A DNA stretch of 63,721 nt, counting the filler, from Octopus bimaculoides (Eukaryota): the NCBI RefSeq assembly GCF_001194135.2. It is 6 parts of 6 records of this genome, joined end to end, with 100 filler letters (N's around TTAATTAATTAA, not from the genome) between each part and the next. Parts side by side here need not be neighbours in the genome. Positions count along the whole stretch, not along the records: positions 49,270 to 57,613 come from NC_068998.1; positions 57,714 to 60,567 come from NC_068981.1; positions 60,668 to 63,721 come from NC_069002.1; 3 more parts are not named here. The stretch is one strand, 5' to 3'. Made by a program: the position numbers and the translations under genes. The notes beneath the pieces were generated by a model. It worked only from the letters and a program-made list of their open reading frames with translations, had not been told where the DNA came from and made no database searches. Positions 51,080 through 63,557 of this stretch are shown here, piece by piece; position 1 is the first letter of the stretch; the number at the start of each line of letters is the position of its first letter.

Positions 51080-51576
51080 CAGCAACAGCAGGAGAAGCGC
51101 GACGACCTCGATGACGAGGAAGGCAAGCGCCATATTGTGAAAGGTGAGAAGAAGAATGGAAAGCAGTTTTAACCTTTTGCCAGACAATATCAAAATATTA
51201 GATGATCCTCAGCACTCAGTCTTTAATTAGTTTAGAGAGTACTCAATAGGTGTGTTTCATTTTCCTGCAAAATGTGTTCACATAGAACCATACTCAAATA
51301 ACTACATATCTATCTGTCAATCTGTCTGGGTAAAGGTCACTGTTCATTGCCTCTACAGCCCCTGCCCCCTCTGAGGCCGATGAGTTTGATGTTATTAATT
51401 GTCACTGGTCAATACCAGCAAGTAAGATATGAGTCGAGAGGAGGAGATACCAGAGGGATAATTTTCTGTGGAGGAAGGACTGGATGGAATGATTAGAAAG
51501 GAGTGGAAGGAATTGGATTGACCTATGAGTGAGGGGAGGGGGAAAAGGCGAGTGAAAGAGACAAACAAGGACAAAG

Positions 51577-51705
51577 GGATTAAGTCGATTACATTGACCC
51601 CAGTGCGTAACTGGTACTTAATTTATCGACCCCGAAAGGATGAAAGGCAAAGTCGACCCCGGCGTGCTAACGTTTCTGCCAGCTCACTGCCTTTAGCAGT
51701 ACCTT
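51577..51705 (-). mobile_element. SINE family A with internal deletion
   Basis: ATCGACCCCGAAAGGATGAAAGGCAAAGTCGACC joined directly to GTGCTAACG..TCTGCCAGCTC. Confidence 0.85.
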
Positions 51706-52119
51706 ATTTGGTATTGAGGGTTGGGCGTTAGCAGACAAATTCCATCAATTCACACTCATCGAAGGACATATTGTATTAATGTAGCTTTACATATATATAA
51801 AAAGACGGGATGGTCACGGCTGGGGTGGTTTTGACAATACGTCTACCGAATCGCGGACGATAACTGAAAACAAAAGATGCATGGTGAAAGAGAAAATACA
51901 CCAGTTTTCGTTGACAAGTGTATGAATTGTGTTGGCCAAACATGAGATAAGGACATTGAAATCAATTTGAAAACGTGTTTGATGAATTGTGTCTGTTACT
52001 ATCCAGCTTATATTGATCGATCGATCATGATTTGTATCGATTAGAATGCTTTACAGACGGATAGCAGATAGTTTGTGACAGACTATTTAGAGAAATATTA
52101 GACATAGAATTGAAGTAAC

Positions 52120-52260
52120 AATGATGAGGAGTAGATAGGTGCAACGAGAAATGAAGTGCCTTGCTTAAGGATACAACGTGTTTCCAGGTTTCAAGAATTG
52201 AAACCACGACCTTCTGATTATGAGCCGAATACCCCTAACCACTAAACCACATGCCTTCAT
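52120..52260 (-). mobile_element. SINE family C
   Basis: GAAATGAAGTGCCTTGCTTAAGG..CTAACCACTAAACCACATGCCTTCA. Confidence 0.8.
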
Positions 52261-53274
52261 TCCCTCTTTCTCCTCTAATAAATCGGAAACTAAAAGAGAA
52301 AAGAAAATTAAAAAAACAAAAAGCTCTGCTGTATCAATAACGTTGTGTCTTTTAGAGATGAGATGTTCAATTTACGGGTGATTTATTCTCGAATTCACTT
52401 TCATTCCTTCTGTTTCGTTGTCATTCATTCCAACCTCTTGTCGGTTTTGTTAACCGGAAGTACATTTATTTAAATAACAACTGACATTCGTAAATAAGTA
52501 AATAGATTTGCAAATACTTTGTTACCTTGTTTGCTTTTCTTTCTTTCTTGCTTTTGATAGTTTTTTTTTATTCTTTTCTCCCTGTCCGTATATTTTTTGT
52601 TTATTTCTTTCTCTCCGCCCCCACCCCCACCCGCCGCCACCACTCTGTAAGCCAATGCCAAGACATGCAAACATTTCCTCGTAGATTCTTGTACAAGGTT
52701 CGCCAAGACATTTCGCCTATGAAAGAAGGAAGACAGCAGAGAAGACAATGTTTGGCACACGTACAATTCCTTGCAATTAGCTTCCTCTCAGAGTCCTATC
52801 ACATTTTGACAGCTGCTATTGAAATCTATCTTCGCACTTACATAAACATTTGTGTTCAATGGCGGAATAATGAGAGGGAAAAGTGCTCTTCCGAAACCAT
52901 TCTGTTTACTTAGTGACAGTACATTCTTGCATTTTTAACTAAGATCACATTTAAGGCCAAAACGGGGACTATTCTACGTAAAAGAAAAACAACATCAACA
53001 AACAACAACAACAACAATAATAATAATAATGATAATAATAATAATAATTGTCAAAGAATGACATTCAATGATGTTCGTTCTCTATCCTTGTTTTTCTTTT
53101 CTTTTTCTTTCTTTTTTTTTAAGGTTTTGTGAAATTAATGGATGTCTTGACGCCGATCTTATGCTTTAGAGATAGAGTGTTGAGAAGGACAAAAGATAAA
53201 AAAAAACAAAACAAAACAAGACAACATGGTGGAAGGAAACCAAAGAAAAATAAAGAAAAAATCTGTCAAAAGAC

Positions 53275-53328
<54 letters not shown>

Positions 53329-54394
53329 GTAATGATAATAATAAGAAGAAGAGGAGGCGGAGGAGGAGTAGGGGTGGGTGAATAGGTGAGGAAGGTTAGA
53401 TAATAAAAAATACACCGAGTGTAGGAAGTTAACAGCGATATTTACAATGAGACAACGACTAACAGCAACACATCAAATATATTTAAGTAGCGCTGAATTG
53501 GTGAGGTCAGGGTTAAAATAGCTAACTTTACATGAAGTTCTCTGATACATGAACTACACAATCACACACACACAACACACACACACGCATGCACACACAC
53601 TGTGAATACTGAAACAGATAAGCATAGAGAAAAGGAGACATACATACATACATACATACATACGTATATGTATGTGTGTATGCATATATGTATGCATGCA
53701 TGTATGCATGTATATATATATACACACACACATACTCATACCTTTCGCTCTTAGGAGTAAAACTAAGCACATGATTTACAAGAAAGTACTTAATGCTTAT
53801 TGCGTAAATGTAGAGCCAATATGATTTATACATACATGTATGTGTATATATATACATATATATAAAATGGTGGAATTCTCCAAAAAGGAACGAATCAAAT
53901 TGATTCATATTCTCCAACCACAATCGATTTCAGATGAAGTGAAAATTTGCACAATATTCCAGGGAATCTCCATTTGAGATTCCTGTGCTAAGCATAATGT
54001 GTGAATATATATATTCCCTCAACGTATCTACATCACACACATGAATAGGTATGGCCATATTGTATCAGCATCGCATCTATTCGCTAAGCTTCAGCGCCAT
54101 CAAACGTATCAAAACTCTGCTGCCATATTGTAAGAATATGAACACACGTATACACATACACGTGTGTGTTTATGTGTGTTTTTATGTGTGTGTGTGCGTG
54201 AGTGTGTGTGTGTGTGTGTGTACGCGCGTGTGTGTGTGCAAGTTTGCAATTTGATATATTCTGTGTATCGCAACAGCCATTAATATACATACATACATAC
54301 ATACATACATACAGTACCCAGATATGTGTCTACATGTACATGTAGATGAAGGTATGTACATACATGTACATATATATGCATATACTCATATATT

Positions 54395-54440
<46 letters not shown>

Positions 54441-54939
54441 TTATGTCCGGGTGGAGAATTATACCAGATATAGTACTATACAGAATACCGAAAGGATCTT
54501 CACCTCTTACATCACACATTTCTTNNNNNNNNNNNNNNNNNNNNNNNNNNNNNNNNNNNNNNNNNNNNNNNNNNNNNNNNNNNNNNNNNNNNNNNNNNNN
54601 NNNNNNNNNNNNNNNNNNNNNNNNNNNNNNNNNNNNNNNNNNNNNNNNNNNNNNNNNNNNNNNNNNNNNNNNNNNNNNNNNNNNNNNNNNNNNNNNNNNN
54701 NNNNNNNNNNNNNNNNNNNNNNNNNNNNNNNNNNNNNNNNNNNNNNNNNNNNNNNNNNNNNNNNNNNNNNNNNNNNNNNNNNNNNNNNNNNNNNNNNNNN
54801 NNNNNNNNNNNNNNNNNNNNNNNNNNNNNNNNNNNNNNNNNNNNNNNNNNNNNNNNNNNNNNNNNNNNNNNNNNNNNNNNNNNNNNNNNNNNNNNNNNNN
54901 NNNNNNNNNNNNNNNNNNNNNNNNNNNNNNNNNNNNNNN

Positions 54940-54997
<58 letters not shown>

Positions 54998-55793
54998 TGT
55001 ATACATATATATTTATATGTATGTGTATATTTATATATATACATATATATATATATGTTTCTACATTATATATACACGCGCGTGTGTGTGTGTGTGTGTG
55101 CGCGTGCGTGTTATACACACGTTGCTACTATGTCTTCTGCATGTACACAACCTCAGCGATATTCACGTTTACTGCTTCATAAGTACAGGAATATATATAT
55201 ATATATTATACATTCTACAGCCTTGACTATATGTGCATGTGTGAGTGTGTACACACGTATGCATGTATGTATGTATAATAACAAATAGTGTAATGGTAAC
55301 CTACGTGTTGTATGTTTAATGACGTCAGTCACGGATGTGGAACTCGTGTCAGGGGATGCAGATTACCTTAAAAGCATCCAAGTAGCTTTTAATTCTTGTA
55401 TTTGATGGTCTAACAGTGTCTTAGACATTTAATCATACCATTAGTGATCTACAGCTTGACACATAGTCACATACATTTATGCATTCACACACACACACAC
55501 GGACACACATGCAGCAATACAGGAGTACAACTACACACAGACATATAGATCCACGCATCCACATATATACATGAATACATACATGCATATATACATACTT
55601 ACAAACTTATAGACATATATGCATGTATATATAGATATAAATATACACATACACGCACATATATATACATAAATGTAAATATTCATACGTATAGACATAT
55701 ATACATACATATATATGCATATATATATGCATATTTATATGTATATATGTACATATGTACATATATATATATGTGTGTATGTCTGCGTATATG

Positions 55794-55842
<49 letters not shown>

Positions 55843-56254
55843 NNNNNNNNNNNNNNNNNNNNNNNNNNNNNNNNNNNNNNNNNNNNNNNNNNNNNNNNNN
55901 NNNNNNNNNNNNNNNNNNNNNNNNNNNNNNNNNNNNNNNNNNNNNNNNNNNNNNNNNNNNNNNNNNNNNNNNNNNNNNNNNNNNNNNNNNNNNNNNNNNN
56001 NNNNNNNNNNNNNNNNNNATATATATATATATATATATACACACATACATGCGGTAACACAGATATGCATACATCCACATCTAAATATGTGTGCGTAGAT
56101 ATTGTATGTGGTGTGCATTCAGAAGAACAAGAACAAGCTCTGCCACGAGAAAGCTTTCGCTTCTATTTACCTTTAATCGCTATTATGTTGTTTCCAACCA
56201 TTTTCGAAGAACTGGCGTTCTCTTGAGTCTGCAGATGATGTGTTTGTTTATTGG

Positions 56255-56290
<36 letters not shown>

Positions 56291-56576
56291 TGCGTGTGTT
56301 GGGTGTTAGGTGTGTAGTAGTGGGGGTCATTTTCTACATTAAGAAACAGATAAACAAATAGAGAAATGGAGTGATCACAGGTAGGCAGATAAAAAGTCAG
56401 AAAATTTGATAGGTAGGTAGGTTGGTGATTATATATTGTAGGTGTGTGTATGTGTTAGTGTATGTGTGTGGAATAATTACGTTGAGGTAAATAGAGGAAC
56501 ATATAGCAGAAAAACAGGTATGTACATGTATATATACATACGTATACACGCACAATCATGCATGCGTGCATGCATA

Positions 56577-56609
<33 letters not shown>

Positions 56610-56790
56610 TCTGTTAGGTTGGTGGTTTTGCCCCCTATGAGTCAAACAAATCTCCTTCAGATTTCCATAATAAAAAAGTATTAGGTGTATACAGCAAACA
56701 GCATCACAAAGAGATTGTCTCCTTGGCGTACACCCCTGTGACACTTCACCCAATCATACTCAATACATTCACTTTTTACTTTAACTTCAG

Positions 56791-56924
56791 GGTGATGGCT
56801 CGGATGGAAACCAGGTGGTCCATAACTTTGACTTGGATCGTTTCTGCAGCTTCAACAACTCGAAGAGTATCTGGTATATATGTGACGGTGGGGTGTGGGA
56901 GCTGCTACATATGTATGTGCATAG
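56791..56924 (+). CDS. Candidate internal exon of an unidentified host gene (134 nt)
   Basis: Acceptor TTCACTTTTTACTTTAACTTCAG|; donor AG|GTGAGT; higher GC than flanks; frame 0 open: GDGSDGNQVVHNFDLDRFCSFNNSKSIWYICDGGVWELLHMYVH. Frame +1 is also open. No recognisable family. Confidence 0.45.
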
Positions 56925-57319
56925 GTGAGTATAGAAGTCTGAGTATATGAGAGAGAGATTAGCAAGACCTAAGGAAATGAAACAGTTTTCGCATCTCTAA
57001 ATCTTATCGTCTGCTTTGTCAGATGAGTTGATGACACACAGATGTGAAGCTTAATTTATATTCGTTTCTCATTAGCTTTGTATATACTCCAAGAAAATGG
57101 CGGACAAGTCAATGATATCAGAAATTATTTCGCCATCATATGACATGTTGTCACCTTCATAATCATTACCACCGTCGTCATGATCATCATCATCATCATC
57201 ATCAGCATCGTGGTCGTCGTCATCGCCTCCGCCAACACCACCGGCACTATCATTATCGTCATTAATGATGTCATCGTTATCGCCTCATTGTCAACTTTCT
57301 CGTGATGATCAGCAGAATT

Positions 57320-57556
57320 ATTTTCTTCTTCTTCTTTTTCTTCTTCTTCTTTTTCTTCTTCTTCTTTTTCTTCTTCTTTTTCTTCTTCTTTTTCTTCTTC
57401 TTCTTCTTCTTCTTCTTCTTCTTCTTCTTCTTTTTCTTCTTTTTCTACTCCTCCTCCTCCTCCTCCTCCTCCTCCTTCTTCTTCTTCTTCTTCTTCTTCT
57501 TCTTCTCCTTCTCCTTCTTCTTCTTCTTCTTCTTCTTCTTCTTCTTCTTCCTCTTC
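57320..57556 (+). repeat. (TTC)n/(CTC)n polypyrimidine microsatellite
   Basis: Direct; source of the poly-E/L/F ORFs. Confidence 0.97.
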
Positions 57557-57613
57557 GTCACCGTCGACGTCGACGTATTCCCGGTGAACGTGCAATGTTT
57601 GATGAAGACATTA

Positions 57614-57713
57614 NNNNNNNNNNNNNNNNNNNNNNNNNNNNNNNNNNNNNNNNNNNNTTAATTAATTAANNNNNNNNNNNNNNNNNNNNNNNNNNNNNNN
57701 NNNNNNNNNNNNN
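57614..57713. other. Artificial scaffold linker
   Basis: 44 N + TTAATTAATTAA + 44 N. Confidence 0.97.
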
Positions 57714-57748
<35 letters not shown>

Positions 57749-57954
57749 CATACTGTATTAGAGATTCACGAGAGAATCAGGTACTTCAATGTTTAGCACC
57801 AGGCTGAATGAACTGACACTCATCCATCCTTTGTTACTTATGTATTTACGTATATACATAAATACGCACAAATAGTCACATAGTTAAATTAATACAAGTA
57901 TATCTACTTCTTCTGCACCCCTTTTTACTACTACTATCTCTACAAGTAATAATA

Positions 57955-58408
57955 GTGGTTTCAAATTTTCAGTCAAGGGCACCTACGTCGACCCCAGTGT
58001 TCAACTGGTATTTATTTTATCGATTGCAAAAGGATGAAAGGCAAAGTCGACTGCAGCGGAATTTGATATCAGAAGCTAAAGACGGACGAAATGCCGCTAA
58101 GCATTTCGGTCGGCGTGCTACCGATTCTGCCAGCTTTCCGCTTTCATCTACAAGGAATAGTAATAACAATAACAATGATAATAATCTTTTCTATTATCAG
58201 TACAAGACAGGATATTTTTTTTCTATTTCGGGGAGAAGGGGAAAGTCGATTAAACTGGCCTCACTGCTCAACTGATGCTCTTTCATCGCCTCTGAGATGA
58301 TAAAAGGCAAGGTTGACAACGGTGGGATTTGAAATCAGACCGTGAAGACAAACGAAATGCCGCTAAGCATTTTCTACGACGTGCTATCGATTCTTCCAGC
58401 TCACCGCC

Positions 58409-58410
<2 letters not shown>
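57955..58410 (-). mobile_element. Two tandem SINE family A copies (about 57955-58145 and 58225-58410)
   Basis: Each has GATGAAAGGCAA(A/G)GT(C/T)GAC..GAAATGCCGCTAAGCATTT..CCAGCT; followed by (GTA)n. Confidence 0.85.
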
Positions 58411-58478
<68 letters not shown>

Positions 58479-60459
58479 CAGCAGCAGCTGCAGTTTGAAA
58501 TGTTGGCACAGGGTCAGCGGTTTTGATGAGAGGGATGTTGATTAAATCATTTAGAGACAAACATGCTTTGCCATTCTTTTCTGAGGTAATAAAATGAAAT
58601 ACTGCGTAACTATTTACAGTTGTATATCAGGATCTGAAGTTTTAGCACTTCGGCGCCAGTCGTGCTTTTAATAACATTAATGAGTCGTTTCCCTTTTATA
58701 AAGAAATTGCTGGCTTATTTGAAGATTACTACTGTCAGCGTAACTATTTCATATGAAAACTATAAAAATTTTCTACGAAAGTATTTAAAGAAATATAATA
58801 ATTATAAAGTTTCTAAACTTCTAGATAGAGTTTAACAACAGAAAGTCTTCTTTAGCAGACGTTTCACATATGCAAGTGATTCAGTCCTTAACACTTTACA
58901 CTGTTGAATGTGGCGTGCTCATCCAGGTCATGAATGCTGGATACTATTCTGCTGAAACAATTATAAATCTCCTGTTTCGGATTTAACCTGTACCTTTCGG
59001 GTAATCAGTCGGCTCAGATCCAAAGTACTTTGGGTGTTCTTAGTACGTTGGTCGGAGGGAGACACCAGTGGTACCTAGACTTGAGATAGCTTCAGAATTT
59101 TACTGGGAATTCTTTTTCAGCAAATCCTCTTGGCACTATATTTGGTTCTCTCTGCCATGGCATTTAACTTCACTCTTTTTCTGATGGTCTGAGTGTCTTT
59201 TAATGAGGCTGTTAGTAGAAATTGCCCTCAAATTCATACGCGTCCCGAACCGTGGTGACTTCATCTAGAAAGCTTGATTGTTCCTATGTGAAGGTGTAAG
59301 AGAAATATCCTAGAAAAGTCGGATGCACAAAAAAATTATTTGTATTTTTACTCATGTCTACTGCCACACAAAAAAATAAACAACTCCCATTGTAGAGCAC
59401 ATCTACAAGATACATCTACACAGTAATGGTTAATATAGTAGTATGACAAATGCCACTAATTGAAATGGAAGTCTTTCTAAATTTATTCATTGGAGCCAAT
59501 ATACTACGGGATTAAAAGGCATTGGAAAAGGCTATATCTTAATTTGTATGCCTAAGTAAAATTTATAGAGACTATACTCATGTTTGCTTGTAATTATGAT
59601 TCGTGAATGTCATACATATTTACTTACGTCAAAGTAAACGTCACTTAGTAATTTTCCGCAGCACGAATATGAAATAATATTTTCTTATATTCCAAATCAT
59701 CAACAATAAACATCAGCTAATGTACTTTAATAAACATCTTACTGCTGGATAATACACTTCTGAATATAATTTCAAATTTTTAGCGTAAATTTGTGAAGAT
59801 ACCATATATGATATATGTAGAAGAGACAATTATATCCATTTTTTAAAAAAATGCTTCTAAAATATAACTAAAAAAAACAAACAAAATATTTTTCAATTAA
59901 AAGGAGAGCATGAAATGTAAAATTGAAAGTTTAATAGAATGCATATACTTTCACAATTGTAAAGAAAATTACATCGGTCAGACAGAAAAAGCCACATGTG
60001 AATGAGTATGAATTCCAAAAGTGTACATATGTCATCGGAACTCTGAAAGATATCTCTGAGCAAACATGTACATATTTCAATACAATTAAATTTTCAAGAT
60101 TCTTTTTTTATTATGCAAATAAATAAGATCTGTTATCATGTAGAAATGAAGAGACTATTAATTTTTTTTTCTTTTCATCAACTCTGCTTAAAGAAACACG
60201 AAAAATTAGAAGAAATATGTATATACACGCCCTGAAAATTGTTTTTGTAAAGGGTGGTGGTGTGAAATATATCTTACTTTCTAACTGAATTGTCCCGAAA
60301 ACAGGTGCAAGCAAGTAAACCAGCTAAAATGCAATATCAGTAACAACACCAGCAGCAATAGGATCTATATTTTCTTTAAAATTTAAACAACGGAAAATAA
60401 TTTTATGAATGCAGCTAAAAAAAACAACCCCGTGTTTTTCTCCTTGTTTTTCTCCTTAC

Positions 60460-60496
60460 TCTTTCTGTTGAAGAGCGTAGCTCGAAACGTTAAAGA
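60460..60496 (+). ncRNA. Minimal hammerhead-like motif in a probable Penelope pseudo-LTR (about 60430-60567)
   Basis: TCTTT / CTGTTGA / A / GAGC-GTA-GCTC / GAAA / CGT T / AAAGA. Palindromic ACGT stem III; core A6 replaced by U. Confidence 0.55.
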
Positions 60497-60567
60497 CTTT
60501 CTCTATTCCCGAGCGTTAGACTAATACATCCTTTTGTTGTTTACACCACATGTTCTCGTCTGTTGTT

Positions 60568-60667
60568 NNNNNNNNNNNNNNNNNNNNNNNNNNNNNNNNN
60601 NNNNNNNNNNNTTAATTAATTAANNNNNNNNNNNNNNNNNNNNNNNNNNNNNNNNNNNNNNNNNNNN
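60568..60667. other. Artificial scaffold linker
   Basis: 44 N + TTAATTAATTAA + 44 N. Confidence 0.97.
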
Positions 60668-60733
<66 letters not shown>

Positions 60734-60764
60734 GTAATAATAATAATGATAATAATAATAATTA

Positions 60765-60836
<72 letters not shown>

Positions 60837-61335
60837 TACCAGGCAGTAGTTCTTATGGCTTTTGATCTTAACTGATTGGAAGTGTTATCATGAACATTGT
60901 TTTGTCTTGGTATAAAAGATGGGCTACAGCAAATATTCTGCTCAATACCACAGATTTGCTTGTCAATTGTTTGACTTTAACAGTTGAACATATCCCTTAA
61001 TGGCTGACGATATGTGCATCTCTGGTCGCGAGCAGAAATAATGGGGGAGCATCATAGCTATGTGTTGAGAGGAATTCTTTGGGGCTTGGATACTTCACTT
61101 CTGGAAACATGGGTATTTCGTTCAACAACCTTAAACAACCCTTATTTAGGGACCTTTTGAGCGGGATGGGCTACTCGTCCTGAAGAAAATTCTAACTGGG
61201 TCCCACCTGCGAGGTCATGCGCTGTTAATATTGATATGAAATCTTGATATGAAATCACCATGTTGCCCAGTATACTGGGCTTCATCTATTTTACTCTATT
61301 CTCACTTTGAAGGCATGCACTGCTCTCTCACTCAA
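60837..61335 (+). mobile_element. Non-coding dispersed repeat flanked by (TAA)n on both sides
   Basis: Complex ~500-bp sequence between (TAA)n 60668-60836 and AATAATAAT at 61336-61344; resembles an Octopus repeat I recall; no ORF; orientation assumed from the tail. Confidence 0.6.
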
Positions 61336-61344
61336 TAATAATGG

Positions 61345-61790
61345 TTTCATTATTGGCTACAAGATCTGATCACAAAACAAATAGAGACAATACAATACTG
61401 GGGACAAATGGAGTGTTGAACAATGCCGTGTATACAATAAGTAACAAAAACAATTAAACAGTAAAAGTTATCCAAAAGAGCGGGCAGTTCCTCACAGGGA
61501 TAACCGAAGAACCCCACACATCCTAGTTATCCCAACCACCAGCTGCACCTCAACAGACGCTTCTCTCCTTCACAACCCCTCCGGTTTACAAGCGAAAGTT
61601 CAGAGTAGGCCCATTCACATGGGCCATCCTAGCCCCATTCACTCACCTTTCAACTACTTTAATGGAGTGGCGAAGAACTTACCTCTCTACCTTCAATTTC
61701 CTTAACAAATTTTAACAGAGTACATACACAAATATCTATTCACACACAGAATTCATTCCGCCACTGATCATGAGGAAGCTACACAGTTAA
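61345..61790 (-). mobile_element. Probable LINE 3' end (L1/Tx1-like)
   Basis: Decayed frame ..LRKLKVER*VL..ER*VNGARMAHVNGPTL..* followed by a GT-rich 3' UTR; clade assignment from memory. Confidence 0.45.
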
Positions 61791-62734
61791 CAGCCTAAAC
61801 TTTTGCCGCTGGACTACATACATGTGGTTCTAAAGCAGGCTACTTACCACACAGCCACTCCTACGCCTATATATATATATATATATATAAGCAATGTTAA
61901 TTCTCTAAATAAAGTATTAACAGTAACTGGACGATAAAGTGTAGTATATTGCCACTTAAGTGTGGCTGACCCCTAGGGGTGGATGTTACTGTTGATTTTA
62001 GCCCCAGGAGGACATCTCCTCCAGCTGGCTTATCGACACACAGTAACATCCANNNNNNNNNNNNNNNNNNNNNNNNNNNNNNNNNNNNNNNNNNNNNNNN
62101 NNNNNNNNNNNNNNNNNNNNNNNNNNNNNNNNNNNNNNNNNNNNNNNNNNNNNNNNNNNNNNNNNNNNNNNNNNNNNNNNNNNNNNNNNNNNNNNNNNNN
62201 NNNNNNNNNNNNNNNNNNNNNNNNNNNNNNNNNNNNNNNNNNNNNNNNNNNNNNATATATATATATATATATATAAAGATAAATTGAATAGAGAGATACT
62301 ACTGACAATCCAATAATCTATTTATATTATATTAGATGATATACTATGAATATAATTAACATAATGTTATACAACATAAACTATTATTTAAAAAAAAAGA
62401 ATTGCTTCGACTCATATACATTTTCTGATATACATACACAATAACAGTTCCCTTATATATAAGTCACTTCAGGGTCATGATTTAAAGATAGAAGAAATTC
62501 TGTACGAAAGGAATTAATTCAAATGTCTATCTTTTATGAGAGTGGGCGTTAACTACTCCATCATACATCAATTACAATTGAAAACAACAAAAACACTTTA
62601 ACAGACGATGCAGCCAAGTGCAATCCACAGCCATCGAAATTCACTTCATTACATCTCAAGCACATACCAATCGAAACCCGTTCATGTCCAAGATAGTCCC
62701 TCATCACCACAACATACAACAGTAAGATAGGTGT

Positions 62735-63072
62735 ATAAATATATATATAACATCGTATGTATTGCGTGTCTTATTAATCCACTTTCGTGAGCTGCTTGAT
62801 GTGTTGATTTTTCCGGGCTGCAATTGAAGATTTCCTGCACCGTTGTCACACTCTTCGCTGACCAGGATGTGGTTGGACGGCCACTTCTTGTATCATTCGC
62901 AGAGCCCGTGGTCATCAGCTTTGCAGAAACAACTTTTGATTGTCACCAGACGTAGTGTTCCATGCTTACCTTCCCAAGCACGCCACCATCTCTGAACCAG
63001 AACAATGGACTTCCACACTTCATAGCGTGCTGCCATCTTAGCTCGCTCCTGAACAGTCAAGCAACCGGCCAT
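62735..63072 (-). mobile_element. Tc1/mariner-superfamily transposase N-terminal (HTH) remnant
   Basis: MAGCLTVQERAKMAARYEVWKSIVLVQRWW..TIKSC / MTTGSANDTRSGRP..VQEIFNCSPEKSTHQAAHESG; frameshifted. Confidence 0.8.
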
Positions 63073-63557
63073 CTGGAAAATAAGAAATAAGAAATAAGGC
63101 ATTAAGGAAATAGAAAAATCCTCATTAGTGTTGTTTGTTTAAAAAATATTTTCGTCATGACTTTAGTGATACTAAAAATTCTATAAGCAATATGTGTGTA
63201 TGTGTGTGTGAGTCTGTCTATCTATATATCTCTCTATAAATATATGTATATGTACATGTATATATACTTTGTGGTGGCGTGTACATGTACATATATATAT
63301 ATAGATATAGATATGTGTGTGTGTGTGTGTCTGTGTGTGTAAATGCGTATGTATGTATATATGTATGTATATGCGTATGTATACATATCTATGTACATAT
63401 GTACATATGTATTCATATCTATATAGCCTTCTACTACATCGTACAGCCTTATGAGTAGATTTGGTAAGGTGGAAACTAAAAGACCGTCATGTTTGTATGT
63501 ATGTAAGTAAGTATGTATGTATGTATTTATACGTATATGTATGAATGTTATTTTATT

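Noticed and set aside
51076-51170. Charged peptide NQQQQEKRDDLDDEEGKRHIVK with AG|GTGAGA
   Set aside because: No acceptor visible (abuts (TA)n and a gap), low complexity, no recognisable domain.
55320-55327. Single CRE site TGACGTCA (and AGGTCA-GGGTTA near 53505)
   Set aside because: Isolated short motifs are expected by chance in 64 kb.
57125-57595. 157-aa acidic poly-Glu ORF on the minus strand
   Set aside because: Product of (GAA)n/(GAG)n/(GAT)n repeats; no splice or domain support.
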